A stretch of 64,000 bases of DNA from Rotaria socialis (Eukaryota): assembly GCA_905331295.1 (NCBI GenBank), contig CAJNYD010000048.1:62001-126000 (forward strand). The letters are read 5' to 3'. The notes under the pieces are model-generated. The model searched no databases, was not told where the DNA came from, and saw only the letters and a program-made list of their open reading frames with translations. Each line of letters starts with the position of its first letter. Position 1 is the first letter of the stretch. The translations under genes and the position numbers were made by a program. This document shows positions 41,912 through 56,082 of this stretch, piece by piece.

Positions 41912-44900
41912 ATGTCTTCATCATCAGTCGATCGGATGTCCGGTGCATCAACACCGACTCTTCTTGCAATGACTTCATATACAACAAATCGATTGAATGA
42001 AGAACTCAGTGGACTTAAACGTTGGCGTCAAATGTATGATTCTGCAATGAATGAAAAAGTTAGTATCAATTTTTTTATCTTGTTCTCTATTTAATATGAA
42101 CTAATTTAGAATGCAGAATTACAAAAACTTCAACTAATTAACCAACGACAAGCACAATCACTCAATGATTCAGTTGTATGTCAAAGTACTTCCAATGAAA
42201 ATTTCATTTATTTAGCAAATCTTTAGGTACAAATTGAACAACAAACAATGACAATTAATTCACTGAAACAAAATGAAGTATCACTAGAAAAAAAGTGTGT
42301 CATGATTCAAACTTCTTCACGCGATAGACAATATCTGTTTTATTTATGATTTCTAGAGTAACTAAACTTGAAGAACTTCATCAAATACTGAAGAAAAATG
42401 TAGCAAAATTAGAAAAAGCTGTTTCACAATGTAAGTATCTTGAACTTTGAATTGATGATACGATACCAAAGTATCTTAGCTGATAGTCTTTGATTTTCTC
42501 TATGTTTAATATTCTAAATTTAGGTGAATTTGTACGTGTTGATCTCGAACGAATGTATGAACATCAAGAACGTACTGTAAAATCACTTGCTGATGATGTT
42601 AATTCAACTATTGAAACTAAATTAAAAAATTGTATACTGAATAAAAACGTTTTGAAGTTTCTTGTTCGACGATTTGCTTTTTATTTTTAGTACAATTACA
42701 ATTGAAATTAGTTGAGCAACTTCACGAACAAGCTCGTATTGAACTAAACAAACAAATCCATGAACGAACACAAGAAAATGCTGAAACAACATCTCATATT
42801 TGGGAATTAACTACAAAACTGGTAAGAGAAATCTTCTTATTTTATACTAGGAAATTTTTTTTTCAAAGGCCACAGCTACAAATGAAATCAATCAATTACA
42901 ATCAATAAATACAAATGCAAATTCAAAGATCATCGAATTAGCAGAAGAAATAGTTGAGTAGATTTCAAATTAATTCTTTAACTATTTATTCTATTTAGAA
43001 TAAATATCAACAAATGATTGAATTAATATCAATTGAAAATAATACAGCACTTACTGCGAAAAATCAACAAATTGAAGATTTACAAAAACGTATTGATGCA
43101 TTAGCATTGAAAATTGTTCGTATGAAATTTCATTTTTTCGTTTATACTTTTATATTCGTTATTCTTCAGGATGCTGGTAAAGACGAAATATTTAATTTAC
43201 AAGAATTAAATACAACTCTACAAACTCAAATCGATGAAATGAAACAAAAATCAGTAACTAATTCTATTTACGTGTGATGCAAAGATCTTCGATCCTAAGT
43301 CTCTTTCTGATTGAATTTAGACGGTTGCTATAACACATTCGTAAGCTCTATGAGATGGGAGGAGGAGGAGGAGGAGGAGTTGGAGGGGGGGGGGAATAGA
43401 AGAATTGTANAATAGAAGAATTCTAATATGCAAATACGGAAGTCGCTGAGCTGATCTTTCCTTAAAATTAACAATGTTACTAGTAGCTCTATATCAAACG
43501 GATTTTATTTAATCAAACACTTTCTAAAATTCATCAAATTCTTAGGTTGAACATACAGAATATCATCAAACAGAAATGCAAGCTCGTCAAGTTGAAATTG
43601 ATATTCGAGAAAAAGAGAATGAACAATTGCAAATAAAAACTAATCAATTAATTGAAGAAATGGTAAAAAACGATTTAAATATTTTAAAATATTATTTTCT
43701 TATATATCAAAGGTAACTCGTGATAATGAAATCGAAGAATTAAAAGAAAAAAATCAAGTCTCATTAAATGAAATCAATGAAATGAATCTGAACTTACGGA
43801 AACAATTAGAAGAAACATGTGAACAATTTCATCAACAAATCAGTGACTATACGAAACAATCGGTATAAAAAAATTTTTCAATAAAACAGAAGACTAAAGT
43901 TGTACATCTTGAATTTTATAGATTGAACACGATAATCGATTCGAACAACAAAATGTTGAAATGACTGAAAAAGAAAAACTTATTCATGACTTGGAAAATA
44001 AACATAATGATTTAGTAGAAAAAATGGTTTGATTTTAAATACAAATTTCATTCAGCTTTCATTTTTTATGGACTTGTTTAGGAACTTACTGAAGAAGAAA
44101 TTGCACAATTAACAAAAGAAAATGAAGACTTGAGAACGCAAAATCATCTCTTACTTCAGGAAACAGTAAGAGACTTGCTGATTTTTTCTCGTTTGATTGA
44201 TAAATTTGCTTTTTAGGATGAACAAATGAAACAAAAGGATGTTATTGTTGAAGCAACTAATATTGAAATTGGTGAAAAAGAAAAAGAAATTGAAGAATTA
44301 CAAAAAAAAGTCGTAAGCTCAAACCGTCTCAGAACAACTGATCAAAATGTGCCTAATAGATATGCGTTGAGAGTTTCTCTGTGTGGATTGCTCTATGACA
44401 TTTAATCTTTCTTGCGATAGTATGACGGCGCAGCGGCAAAATATAAGTTCTACAAAAATGAATATATAATAACGATGAAGTTTTTTTCTTTTCTTTTTGT
44501 TAAGACATTACTTGAAGAACGACTTTCAAAAAATCAAAATTTACTTACATCATTACGTTCGTCAATGGGTGAAAAGGTTTGATACTTTTTAAATCTTTCA
44601 ATCAAATTAACTATTGATTCTCCTTTAGGATGCAAAGATCAAACGTCTCGAACAAGGATCCGTGCATTCTCAATCATCACTTCCATCACGGCCGACAAAT
44701 ATACGTCGAACAAACATAAATCATCCATTGGCAACTCAACAAAAATCAGCTACTCCTATTCGACCACCATTACCACCATCAACTAGTCAACAAACAAAAA
44801 TAAATCCACGGTAGATCGAGTCAAGAGGCTAGTTACCGAAAAAAAAAACTTTTCTGTTTAATCTTTAGTGAAAAACGTATGTTACCACCACCAGCTGCAA

Positions 44901-45133
44901 ATGATTTAACATCAACACCAAAAAAAGTTCTTCGGCTTAGTCCAAAAAAAGCAGCTATTGATCATGTTCATACTCTTGAACAATCCATTTCATCAGTACT
45001 TGACGATGATCGAGACGAAGTTGCATCAAATACAAGTGTAGCTGTAAGCTAAAATTATTCATCTTTCTCATATCTATTTAACCTATTCTTTTTGTTTCTT
45101 TAGAGTCTATTCGAATATTTAAAGAAAATCTAA
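41912..45133 (+). CDS. SYCP1: Long coiled-coil protein (~18 exons, ~630 aa), putative synaptonemal complex protein 1 homologue
   Basis: Exons 1-5 splice in frame to NRLNEELSGLKRWRQMYDSAMNEKNAELQ...ILKKNVAKLEKAVSQCEFVRVDLERMY. This aligns ungapped with the SYCP1 N-terminal conserved motif as I recall it. A long heptad rod and a basic S/T-P-rich tail follow. The gene model is solid; the orthology is tentative. Confidence 0.65.
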
Positions 45134-46184
45134 ATGAATTATTTTGTTTTTATTTATTTTATTGTATTTATCTTATTTTTGAAAATTTTACTTAATTGTA
45201 CACAACAAAAACACTTTTTAGTCAACTAATAGAATACAATTTAGATGATCTAGCAAATAATTCGTTGTCACTTGCCTTTGATAGACTATAACTGCTTTCT
45301 ACTTTTCAAGTTGAGTTACTCCATCGAAAGTGGTCATATGAAATACATGCCTTTACAGTACATTCTCTATCATTCCTATAACCATGATTATTTTGCTCAC
45401 TTTCGAGTCCCAGTAAATGATTCCATGAATACTATACAACAATTAAAATCAAAATTAAGTATATATTTTTCTTTTATTAGATTTTCATAGCTTTTGGAAT
45501 TTGAATTCTAAATCTAACAAATATGTAGAGCGTACTATGTGAATGTATTGTCAAGAATATCTATCTCCTTAGTATACGATTAGATTCTCTAAATTAGGGA
45601 AATTTCAAACAAAAACTACAAAAATTTTAACATATTTGTCTGTCTTATTTTTGATAATTCTACTGTTTGAGATATATTCTTGCTTCAGTTAGTATCAACG
45701 ACTGGAGCTATATCACGAATTCTAAATTATTTCTATCAAAACAAGACATTTGCAACTAAGTGAGATTTCGTGTGTTGGCAATATAGCTTTTGCTAAATCG
45801 ATATCGTATTAGGCGTAAAAAATATTATCTAGCCAACGCAACTTAGAGGATCTAGTGATCTTTTAGTCAATAGTTTACTAGTATGCCTCCATGTGAAGTA
45901 CTCCTCTACTAGAACCCTGCAGAGTCGAGTTTTTTCGATCTTATTCTATAATGTTGTATGACATAAAGAATTCACGTTGTGAAATGACTACGACAAATTG
46001 ATTCTAATAATACTCTCAGGGTAAGCAACTGTCTACAGCATTCACAGTACTACAGAAATGCTTATTCTGAATATATAGGGCAAACAAGAACTTAATGTAT
46101 AATGAAATCGATCATATGACTATGAAGAGAAGGTTGGACAAAATATTTTCTCCTTCCAGATTAAAAGTAATGTATTCTAATTAA

Positions 46185-46882
46185 GGGACCCCCCCCCCCC
46201 CCTGACAAAAGTTGACTTTTTACAGAAAAACGGAAATGGGTTTTTTACTATGGGAAGATGCATCCAACTCGCTTCTATCCAAATATAAAGAAGCTTTTAA
46301 AAAACATCCAGGTTAAACAACACTTTCGAAATCATTTCTCCAAACCTACTACCACAGTTCTTTTAGGTGAACACCTATTTTTTATTTCGGAGGTTTCTCA
46401 AAACATGGTTTTCCAACAGTAATGCTGAAATAGCTCTGGCTTCGCTCAAGCTTTGCCTGATGTTTTTATTTCATTTAAAAGATCTCAACGAGGCCTAACT
46501 TTTCATCGGACGGATTTTTGATACTAGATTCCTGAACTAAGAAAAGTCCGATTTACTGCGCTTTTTGTACCTGATTTGACAGTCATATCATATAAAATGA
46601 TTATAAAAAATGAATAGAAGCGAATTTCAAAATTACGCCCCATGAAACGTTGCGTATGGAGGCTAGCTTTAATTTGAAATCTACTAGACTTCGATAACTT
46701 TCACAGCCATGAAGCTATTTCGATTCTCGTGAAAGCTATAAAACAAGTCGTAAGTCTAGTCTGGTTAGGTGTATTAAGCTGAGACTTTTACCACACACGT
46801 TTCTCACTAGGATCACACACTCCTGTAACTTTCAGCCCAAACGGATCGCTCCAAGTGACAAGTGGATTGTGAGGGAGGGGGC
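46185..46882. mobile_element. Possible TTAA-flanked non-autonomous DNA element (Kolobok-like)
   Basis: TTAA|GGGACCCCC... at the left and ...GAGGGAGGGGGC|TTAA at the right, with a non-coding interior. The TIR match is weak. Confidence 0.3.
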
Positions 46883-47657
46883 TTAAATTTGCATATATAG
46901 AGGCAGCGGGAACTTTTTCTCTTTATTTTGATTATTTCCTACAACAACATGTATTTTACATCAATTGACCGAATTATTAACCCCGAAATATGTCAATCTA
47001 TCGTATGAATATTTAGCAGTTAGTCTCACAATGATTTACTTACTTAAATATATATTAATTTCAATATTTTGTCCCTAATGATGATGTTTGCTTTTTCAAT
47101 ATTTCTAAATTTGCTAGAGAAACTAATTCTTCGGTACAGAAAGCAGATGAGATATTATTATTCATGTATACTTTTTCTCGTCGTATATCGTTACCTAAAA
47201 GGTTGAATAAAAAAAAACTAAACGTTCCATATGAAGATATGTATTTGTTGTTCATCGATCATGTCGGACGACCCAACTGTTTTTGTCCTCCGAAGAAAAT
47301 AAGTATGGTTGACGGACGACCAACTTTAAACTAGATTAGTATTTTTGTCCTTTTTTTGCTCGTCAACCATTTCGATCCTAAATTGTTCATCTATTCATTC
47401 ATTTGGAAAAAAAAACCATAAAAATACAATGGCTGAAAGAGTTATACTTATTCAATGAATTCCCGATAGTTTTATAGTGATATTATCTCTAACTAATTAT
47501 TTTTTTCTACTTCACAGGATAATAAAAATGAAGTTGATTCTCAACTCCATGAGTTACATAGAAAATGGAAGCAAGGCTTGACGTCTGACGAGTCGTTGTT
47601 TGACTGCAATTAAATCAATTGATTAACAAAAGACTTCAACTCCACATTGATCAATTG

Positions 47658-48085
47658 CCCAGATCCAAGAAAACGATCTGTCGTCGACGGGTTACTCAGT
47701 AAATTCAATCCGACACTAGGATCCGATCCGATCCAATAGAATTCCTGTATGATACCATCGGATTTCATTAGAATCCTATAGGGATATCATCGGAATATGG
47801 GTTCAGGACCAACAGTCGGATCCTTAGTGTCGGAATCTTACTGAATGCATGCGAACGGAAACTATCACCTACAACTTGTCGTATCCGAGAGTCGGAAGCC
47901 GAGAAGAATCCCGTGATTTCTTACAGATGAATGCAGTAGGGTCCGACGAGTTTGGTTCCAACAAAATTTTCATAAGAAACATTCGGATATCGTCGTGTTC
48001 CAACACTTATAATCCCAAGAGATCTCCTACATTCGGTTCTGATCAGATCCACGGAATTCCTATAGGACATCAGAGAATCCGATAA
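47658..48085. repeat. Degenerate MITE-like repeat rich in TCCGA/TCGGA motifs
   Basis: Dense ATCCGA/TCGGAT/GTCGGA motifs in both orientations, including CCGACACTAGG versus CCTTAGTGTCGG. Boundaries are approximate. Confidence 0.5.
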
Positions 48086-48235
48086 AAGAATAGTAAAATA
48101 TTTTCTAATAAGGACTACTCATCTATATTTCATGAAAGTTCACACAGCACCTGACGAATAAGAAATTAAAAAATATATTGCAAAAGCTAATTTGGAAAAT
48201 AGACCCAAATGATGAGTATACAATTTAGTACACTA

Positions 48236-48514
48236 CACTCTTAAAAAAACGAAATTTCACGGAGCCCTCCAAAAAGGCTCCGTAGGTCTCTAAAAGCTTC
48301 CAAATGCGTTCAAAAGGTTGAAAATACGATTGCTACAATCAACGAAACCTTTATAGTTTCCTATTGAACCTTTTGGTGTCGTAGGAGAAGGTTCGGACCG
48401 TGTGCCAGCGATCAGATCCTTTTAAGCTTTCCTAGATTGTAACAATCGTATTTTCAAGCCTTTGAACGTATTTGGAAGCTTTTAGACACCTACGAAACCT
48501 TTTCCCCTAGAGTG
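48236..48514. mobile_element. CACT-ended foldback MITE
   Basis: TA|CACTCT...AGAGTG|TA termini. An imperfect inverted repeat of about 60 bp (CGTAGGTCTCTAAAAGCTTCCAAATG.. versus ..ATTTGGAAGCTTTTAGACACCTACG). Confidence 0.8.
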
Positions 48515-49799
48515 TATAAAGAAAATGAGTAAGAAATGCAATTAAAATAAATTCAGTAAAACCGGCGAAACCTAAAAGGTTCTTCTCATGTATCCACCTG
48601 AAGCACTTATCTAACAGTTTTCCCAAAAAAACATGAATAGCTTCTAAATGACCAACGCAACCCTAACAGATATTTCACTGAATCCACTGCTCCTTGATCT
48701 CAAGTAAAAAAAACATTTAAGATTTTATCCAAAACCATGAAAAATAATTCCCAACGTCACACTGGGAGATTATGTATTTTATTAGAAGTCTATACGATTG
48801 TACACGCCACCTCTTCGTTTAACTGCTTTATTTCCAACTGGCAACATCACGCGCCTCCACTTACGCGGATCTTCTCGTCAATGGGGCAGATTCTTACACC
48901 AAATGTGTGTAACTCAATGCTTTCTTTCTACTGCGAATCGTTTCTTTGCAAAATTTTAGTACTCACGTAGCATTGAACGACACAAATATTCGGATCCTAT
49001 TGTATATGGAATAGTTCGAGAAGGAGTCAGCAAAAACAACCAGCGTGGCCTCATTCGACAGCTCTAACTCAGTTCCACATTTGGTGTAAAAATCTTCATG
49101 ATTGACTGTAATACGTGGAGTTCCATTGGGTACGAAAAGCACTATTTTCGAGTGCATGACCATTGGGGTCGGTATCCCGCCGTGAAAAATTTTAAATTGT
49201 CTTTGCATAAGAAAATCTATTATATATTCTAGTAGAGAAAATAATTCCGTGTCGAATGAATGTATTTTTTTGACAGTGCTCGATGAATCCAATGAATGTT
49301 ACCTATGAAAAACTGATTTTTTAGTCATATCTAGTTGCCTTGGATGTCTGTTATCTTGCCAATGACGTTAAAAAAGACATCACATTCGTGATCAGCACGC
49401 CTTTTTCTATCGATGCATAAAGAAAACAAATAGAATAAACAAAAAAAGAAGTTTTTCGAATATCTGAGGGGTACCACAGGAACGAAAAATTCGATTTATC
49501 AGAATTACTGAACTGAGTTATAAAAAGTCTTCAGAATCCATCGGGCTATTCATATGTGAAGATAGTTTTGTCTTTTATTCAATGTCAGATGGTGTTTGGT
49601 GCAGGTGTTGTTATTAGGAAAATGACCCATAACAACAACAGATGTAGGTTCTTGTCGTAGACCGCTGATTTCTCCGCCACTGCACTTCAGTTAAAGGTGG
49701 TTGTTTCACCATTTGAAAGTGAGGATAATTTCAATCGAGTGTAAAAAAAGCTGTACACCGAATTAATCAAGTCATATCATTCTTTTAGTGTTGTTATTA

Positions 49800-50580
49800 T
49801 GGTAGCTTACTGTGACACATCTTGAACAGATTTAACGTAATGTTCTTTTCTATCGCATAGTTGAACATGACCCTTCTGATTTTCTAATACACGTAAGCGT
49901 TTTTTTTATCGTAGAGTAAATCAAAAACTTTGCCCCAATATATTTCATAAAATGTTACAAGCATTTCAATGGATGAACGATATTGTGGTTTTGATAAACG
50001 ATGAAATATATCACTTGCTGTGTGTGCATAGACACCATGTGAATAATCGGTGTTTGCTGATGATAGATCTCCATCCATTGTAAATGTTTTACCTAAATTG
50101 AGATAAAAGAACATAATAGAAATTAAAATAGATTATTTACAAATCAGATCCCGTTTGACCATAAGCAATAACAGTAACATTACCACCATTAAAAATTGTA
50201 TCGATGAATGGAGCCGCTGTATAATGATACATAAGTTCTGTGGAAGCTTTCTCGTCAAATGTATTATCGAATTTAAACGATTTCAAATGATTTATTTCAA
50301 CTTTTGATTTAGTCATATGAACAAGACAATGATCTCGATTTGGGATTGTAATAACATCATTATGTTTTTTAGCTGCTTCACGTTTATTCGTTGGACAATA
50401 AGTTAATGTTGAACTATAATCAAGAATCATTTAACCAAATGGACCATGCAAAGCAATGAGTAATGCTGGTTTAGGTACGATTGAAACAAATGTATTATGC
50501 GTATTTATTGAAGATGATTGTTGTACAACATGAAGACGCGAAAGACGACGTTCAATTTTATTATTTGCTGGAAGTGAAAT
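49800..50580 (-). pseudogene. Kinesin-13 (KIF2/MCAK-like) motor-domain pseudogene fragment
   Basis: PTNKREAAKK..DVITIP, FKFDNTFDE, IAYGQTGS/GKTFTM across a retained intron, and TFYEIYWGKVFDLL. A frameshift in an A run precedes RLRVLE, then a stop; no switch I/II region is seen. Confidence 0.85.
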
Positions 50581-52019
50581 CTGTAATTATGGCTCAATTT
50601 TAATTTTATACACCATTTGGCTGTAAGATTACGTTTTGTTCACAAGAACGGAGGAAGCTATATTTGCTGAAAGAAGTATATCATTTTGTGCAGAGTTTCA
50701 CGTGCTATATTTTGATTTAAAGAACGTTTCAAGTAAACGAACAGTAAAGTACAAAAAAGCGAAAATAGGAGAACGTGCAATTTATTCTGGGTTACCCGAT
50801 ATTTAGTATGACAATTTCTACCATAAATTTACACTTCTGTATCTCCCGAAGTATTTTAACTTGTGAAAGCATCGAAGATATTGATAGGATGATATTATAG
50901 TTGTCATGCGAAAGTCTCGTTGTCTAATTCAATCATGCATATTAATAAACGATTGATTACCAACGGCATCTATTTTATAAAATGTCTTTGCTTCATTATA
51001 AAAAAAAGAGTATACAGGTAGATAGGAGTTATTTTTTGTTTATTCCGATTCGATCTTTTCGAATCCATGTCTACATCACCTAGTTTTCGTAGATCAACAG
51101 CTCACTCGATGAGATCGTGTTTTCTCTAAAAAAAACTCAATATCAACAAGTTGGATATATTGTACAAACATGAAAGCAAGCTCAACCTTCACCAGCATAA
51201 TATTCAATGTATTTTAAACAAATAATTTTAGAAAGAAAAAATCTCATATAAAAGCTATGAATTTTTAATTTCAACGAAAATTGAATCTACAAGTGTCACC
51301 TTATCATGACTATTCATGTGAGCGAGCATCTCAAGCAATCAATAAACTTTTACCAGGTAAAGTTGAATATAAACTGAAATTTTTGATAAGAAGATTTTCA
51401 TTTATTGAATTATTCCATTAGATTGAAAAGTACATGAAAATAATTATTATGAATATGCGAAATATCGCGCAGATGAAGCATTGGAACGGTTAATAATCAT
51501 CAACAAAGTTGAAACAAAATGGAACATGCATCGATTGTCGATATTGAGAAAAAGTACTGGACTCGTTAGCGGAAGTGACTTTTCTTCAGATATACTCTAA
51601 CAATGACTGATAGGGGGATAGATCTTCATGTTTTGAAAGAGGATAAGATATTTTTCAGTTATATTTGAATGAAAATAGAAGTATTTGTTTTCTTCTAGGA
51701 AGTTTTTTCGGTAAAACATCAAACAACATTCATCATTACCTTTCTTTTTAGGTTCGATATACTCTCATGTATACTTATCTTTACGTTTATTATCTCAAGA
51801 AGATACTGTTGACCGAAATCTAAACTTTCAAGCAAGTTTAATCGGTTCAATCGTGTATTATTCTGATTTGAAAATCAACGAGATATTGTTGAAAAGCATC
51901 AATCAAGTTTATTTTTCGAAATTAAAATCTTCCTCATTTGTTTTCTCTATTAATTTAATTACATTTTATTTTATTTTCAGATGAACAGTGTTTCTAAGAA
52001 TTAAAATATTTGAAAAATT

Positions 52020-52827
52020 ATGAATCGAGAACCTTGGTGAGAGAATCATTTCAAATTTCTTTTTTTTTTATTTGTTCAATTATTATATTTAGTCCTTGGC
52101 GTATTGTTGATGATTGTGGCGGTGCTTTTGCAATAGGAGCAATCGGTGGAACACTATTTCATTCAATTAAAGGATTTCGTCATGCTCCCAGTGTAAATTT
52201 TAGCTTTCTTGAATTTCTCGGTGCAATGATATTCTTTTGTTTTTGTTAGGGTCAATATAGACGATTGATTGGTAGTTTAAACGCAGTAACACGACGAGCT
52301 CCTCGTGTTGGAGGTAATTTGAGGAAATGAAAATAAAATAATTATATTGTTTCTTTTTCTTTTGTGATTTATTTAGCGTCATTTAGCGCATGGAGTTGTG
52401 CATTTTCACTCATTGACTGTAGTTGTGTTTATGTAAGAAACAAGGATGATCCATGGAATTCAATTCTAAGTGGTGCAGCAACTGGAGCTATTTTACAAGC
52501 GAGACGTAAATGAAAATAGAAATAAAGTTCTGTGTTGACAATGTTCATTTTTCTAGTGGGAGCTGGCGCTATGATTGGTTCGGCTATTTTTGGTGGATTT
52601 ATTCTTGCTATGATTGAAGGAACTACTATTTTACTTACTCGTAAAAGTGAAATGTTTATGCCACCACCAGTAATGGAAGGTTACTAGAATCTACTCACTA
52701 TCGTATTTCGACTACAATAAATTATTTTATCTATTTAGAACCACCCATTGATATGGATAAAGGAAAAGTCGATGGTTCTTTGCCACCAATTTTTAGTTCG
52801 TCTTCTGTACCCAGCCATTTTTCTTGA
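52020..52827 (+). CDS. TIMM17: Mitochondrial import inner membrane translocase subunit TIM17, 6 exons
   Basis: [18 protein letters not shown].., [40 protein letters not shown]. Confidence 0.95.
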
Positions 52828-53446
52828 AATGGTCCCTGTCATTCATGTTTTCCTTTCTTGGTCTGTTTCCAATCCTACTCTAGAGCGAATGTCGTTTGTT
52901 TTCTATTGTGTTGTTCTAAAACAGCGAATCAATTGAATTTATCGGTGCAATATTTTTGATAACGTTTTTTTTTTGTTTCATTTGTCTTGGAGAATTCTTG
53001 ATCAAAACAGTTTATTTACATACGTGTGTGTATGTATGTGTATGATTTTATTTGACTATTTTTTTACGCACACCGTTGGTGTTTTCTAAGAGAGAAAAAT
53101 TGATAAGCAATAAAAATTAAAGCTCATCAAATTTTCATTGCATTTATTAATCAAGAAAAGTCAATATGCTTAAATTTTTCTTTCATTCTCAGTGCTTTGC
53201 TTTTGTTTTTCACTTGTGATAGACAGAGGGCTGCTATGGTTAGATAACAAGAACATTGAGCAGTCAGTTTTATAATATCTTTAGAAAAAAAACACAACTG
53301 ATAAGAATTTCGTTAGCATATAGATAGGTGTGAGTGTCCGAAAAATGACGTGCACGCCTTGTTTTCTTTTTTTCGAACAACGAGATAAAAATAAGAACTG
53401 TTTCATGTTAGAATATCATTTTTAGATCATTGATCATAGAAAAATA

Positions 53447-55738
53447 ATGTGGAAATCTTGTTATTATCTATGGATTTTTCACATTACTATTTTACAATCC
53501 TTTCATTATGGTGAAGCGAAAATAATTAAAAAAAATCTAGCAGATCAGCTAAATATGGATCAAGCCTATTTGACAATTAGCAATAAAAATTATTCAGATC
53601 CAATATTGTTTACTTATAATGTGATAGCTTGTGAACATTGTGATTTTGAAGCATTAGACAATGCTGTTCAACCGAATTCGAGTAAAACTGTAACAATTGA
53701 TACACAATATCCATATGATTTTCAACTTATTTCCCAAACAAAAAGTCGAACATTGGTTTGCCAAATACATTCGTATCACTTTTCTGAACATGGCTCGTAT
53801 TTATTTGAAATTATGGAAATAAATCCAAATGAAGTTTCTTGTACAATAACTCAAACAAAAGCATCAAGTCATTATTGGCTACCGATTATAATTGCAGTAA
53901 TTATTCTTTGTACGATTGTGCTATCTATTCAATTGTGTCACCAGCTTTATCATTCTCGATATATTGGTCGTATTTTGATAAATATTGGTCATCGTCAATT
54001 AATTAATGATGAAACAAATATTACACCACCAACAAGTCCAATATTATCTAGAAGAGAACCATTGATGCTACAACCTGGCACTCCAAATGATAATATTCTC
54101 AGTGCAGCAAATAGCATCGGTTCATTACCATTGGCCGAGTCTACTAATAAATCCAAAGATTCTAGTAAAAAAATGCGAGTGCTACCAAAACGTCTACAAG
54201 CATTGGATACATTTCGAGGATTTTCATTGATGGTAATGATTTTTGTTAATTATGGTGGTAAGAATAAAAGATAAACGGTAGTTTTTTTTCTTCTTAACAT
54301 TTTCTGCATTTTAAAGGCGGTGGTTATTGGTTTTTTGATCATTCAGGTAAGATTTTCAATTACTGATAGTAAATCTATCGATGGATTTTCTTTATTTTTT
54401 TGTGTGTCACAGTTTGGAATGGTTTAACTCTTGCTGATTTGGTTTTTCCATGGTTTGTTTGGATGATGGGTGTGTCCATTGTTCTTTCTCAACGGTCACT
54501 TCTTAAGAAAAAAATACGACGAACAAGTATTTTATTAAAAATATGTCGACGAACTTTAATACTATTTTTATTGGGTGTGAAAGATGAGAAAAAAATCAAT
54601 TTGTTTTATTTTATATTTTGATTGAACAATTTAGGTTTACTGTTACAAGGTGGAGAGGGAAAGCCAAAAGATCTCCGAATTCTTGGTGTTCTTCAACGTT
54701 TAGCTTTATGTTATTTTTTTACTGCAATACTTGTACTTATTTTTGATCCGTCTGAAAATGAATCACATGTGTCACAATGGCCAACACGTAAAAGGCACAA
54801 TTTAACTGTAAAACCTGTAATCCATCTATTTAGGTGATAATACACATCAACCAATACGCGCTGAATTATCAAATACCGTATTTCAATTTTGGCCAGAATG
54901 GCTTTTTATTTTAGGAATTATTATTTCATGGATATTGATTACATTTGTTCCAAAATTAAGTAATTGTCCAAGAGGTTATGTAGGTCCTGGCGGAAAACAT
55001 GAACATGGAAAATATACAAATTGCACTGGAGGTATAATTCATAAAAATATATATTTTATTTAAAGAAAAAAGTATATTACTGAATAATTAAAGGAGTGGC
55101 TGGATATCTTGATCGTACTATATTGGGCAGTTCTCATATGTACGGTTATCCGACTTGTAAAGAGATTTATAAAACTCAAATACCTTATGATCCTGAAGGT
55201 AAGAGTAAAACGAATCAGCTCGATTATTTCTTCGTTTTGTTTTTCATTTATAGGCCTTTTAGGTATTCTTACGGGAATATTTCTTTGTTATCTTGGAGTT
55301 CACGCTGCTCATACTTTTGTTTATTCAACACGAGTTCGCCGTGTTTGCATACAATGGATTGTATCGGGTCTTATTTGTGGCTTTTTAGGTTTACTTTTAT
55401 CGAAAGGTGGTCATTCCGAGAGTTGGATACCTATTAATAAAAATCTTTGGTCTTTAACTTTTATATTTGTACTATCCAGCCTTGCTTTTATAATCTTAAC
55501 TATATTGTATTTACTTGTGGATGTTTATAAATTGTTTACAGGTGAACCATGGCTATGGTTGGGTATGAATTCTATCGTCATCTATGTTGGCCATGATGTT
55601 TGTTCGGACAAGTTTCCCATACAATTTCAAGTCGACTCAACACATGCGAAACTGCTTGCATTACATGTTTATGGTGCTATGTGTTGGGCTTTTATTGCTG
55701 GTCTACTGTATTTTAATAAGATTTTTATTGCCATTTAG
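53447..55738 (+). CDS. HGSNAT: Heparan-alpha-glucosaminide N-acetyltransferase (TMEM76)
   Basis: Signal peptide, MDQAYL, RLQALDTFRG..MVMIFVNYGGG.YWFFDHS.WNGLTLADLVFPWF, LRILGVLQRL, CPRGYVGPGG, YDPEG, IPINKNLWSL, GMNSIVIYVGH. Confidence 0.96.
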
Positions 55739-56082
55739 AAATCTCTGTGATAATGTTTCGTTCAATATTATTTTTGAAAGATTTTCTTTTTCCTAATTCA
55801 TATGATACAAATGACACATAAATAAAAATAAAATTGATAGATATTAATTTATTAGAAAAGAACATAAAAATTATTTTCAACTATTTTATCATTTGAGCCT
55901 AAGGCTATAGTAATAACTAGCTCCCTCTACCAATATACGCTATTGATTAAACTCAAGAACCTATGTTTTACTTTCCTGTCAATTCAAAAAATGAACGACT
56001 TCATTGTCTTACACATGAATGTGAAATTACATGTACTGTTCATTTTAGATTATTCTATAAAATCACAGAGAAAAAAACTAGA

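Noticed and set aside
43357..43420. G-rich tract (possible G-quadruplex) in a SYCP1-like intron; similar poly-G at 37366-37395
   Set aside because: Both tracts abut single-N contig joins, so their sequence and length are unreliable.
48737..49292. ORFs of 77-109 aa and a TQWNSTYY word resembling the hAT TRWNST motif
   Set aside because: It is a single short motif in a stop-rich frame, which is insufficient for a call.
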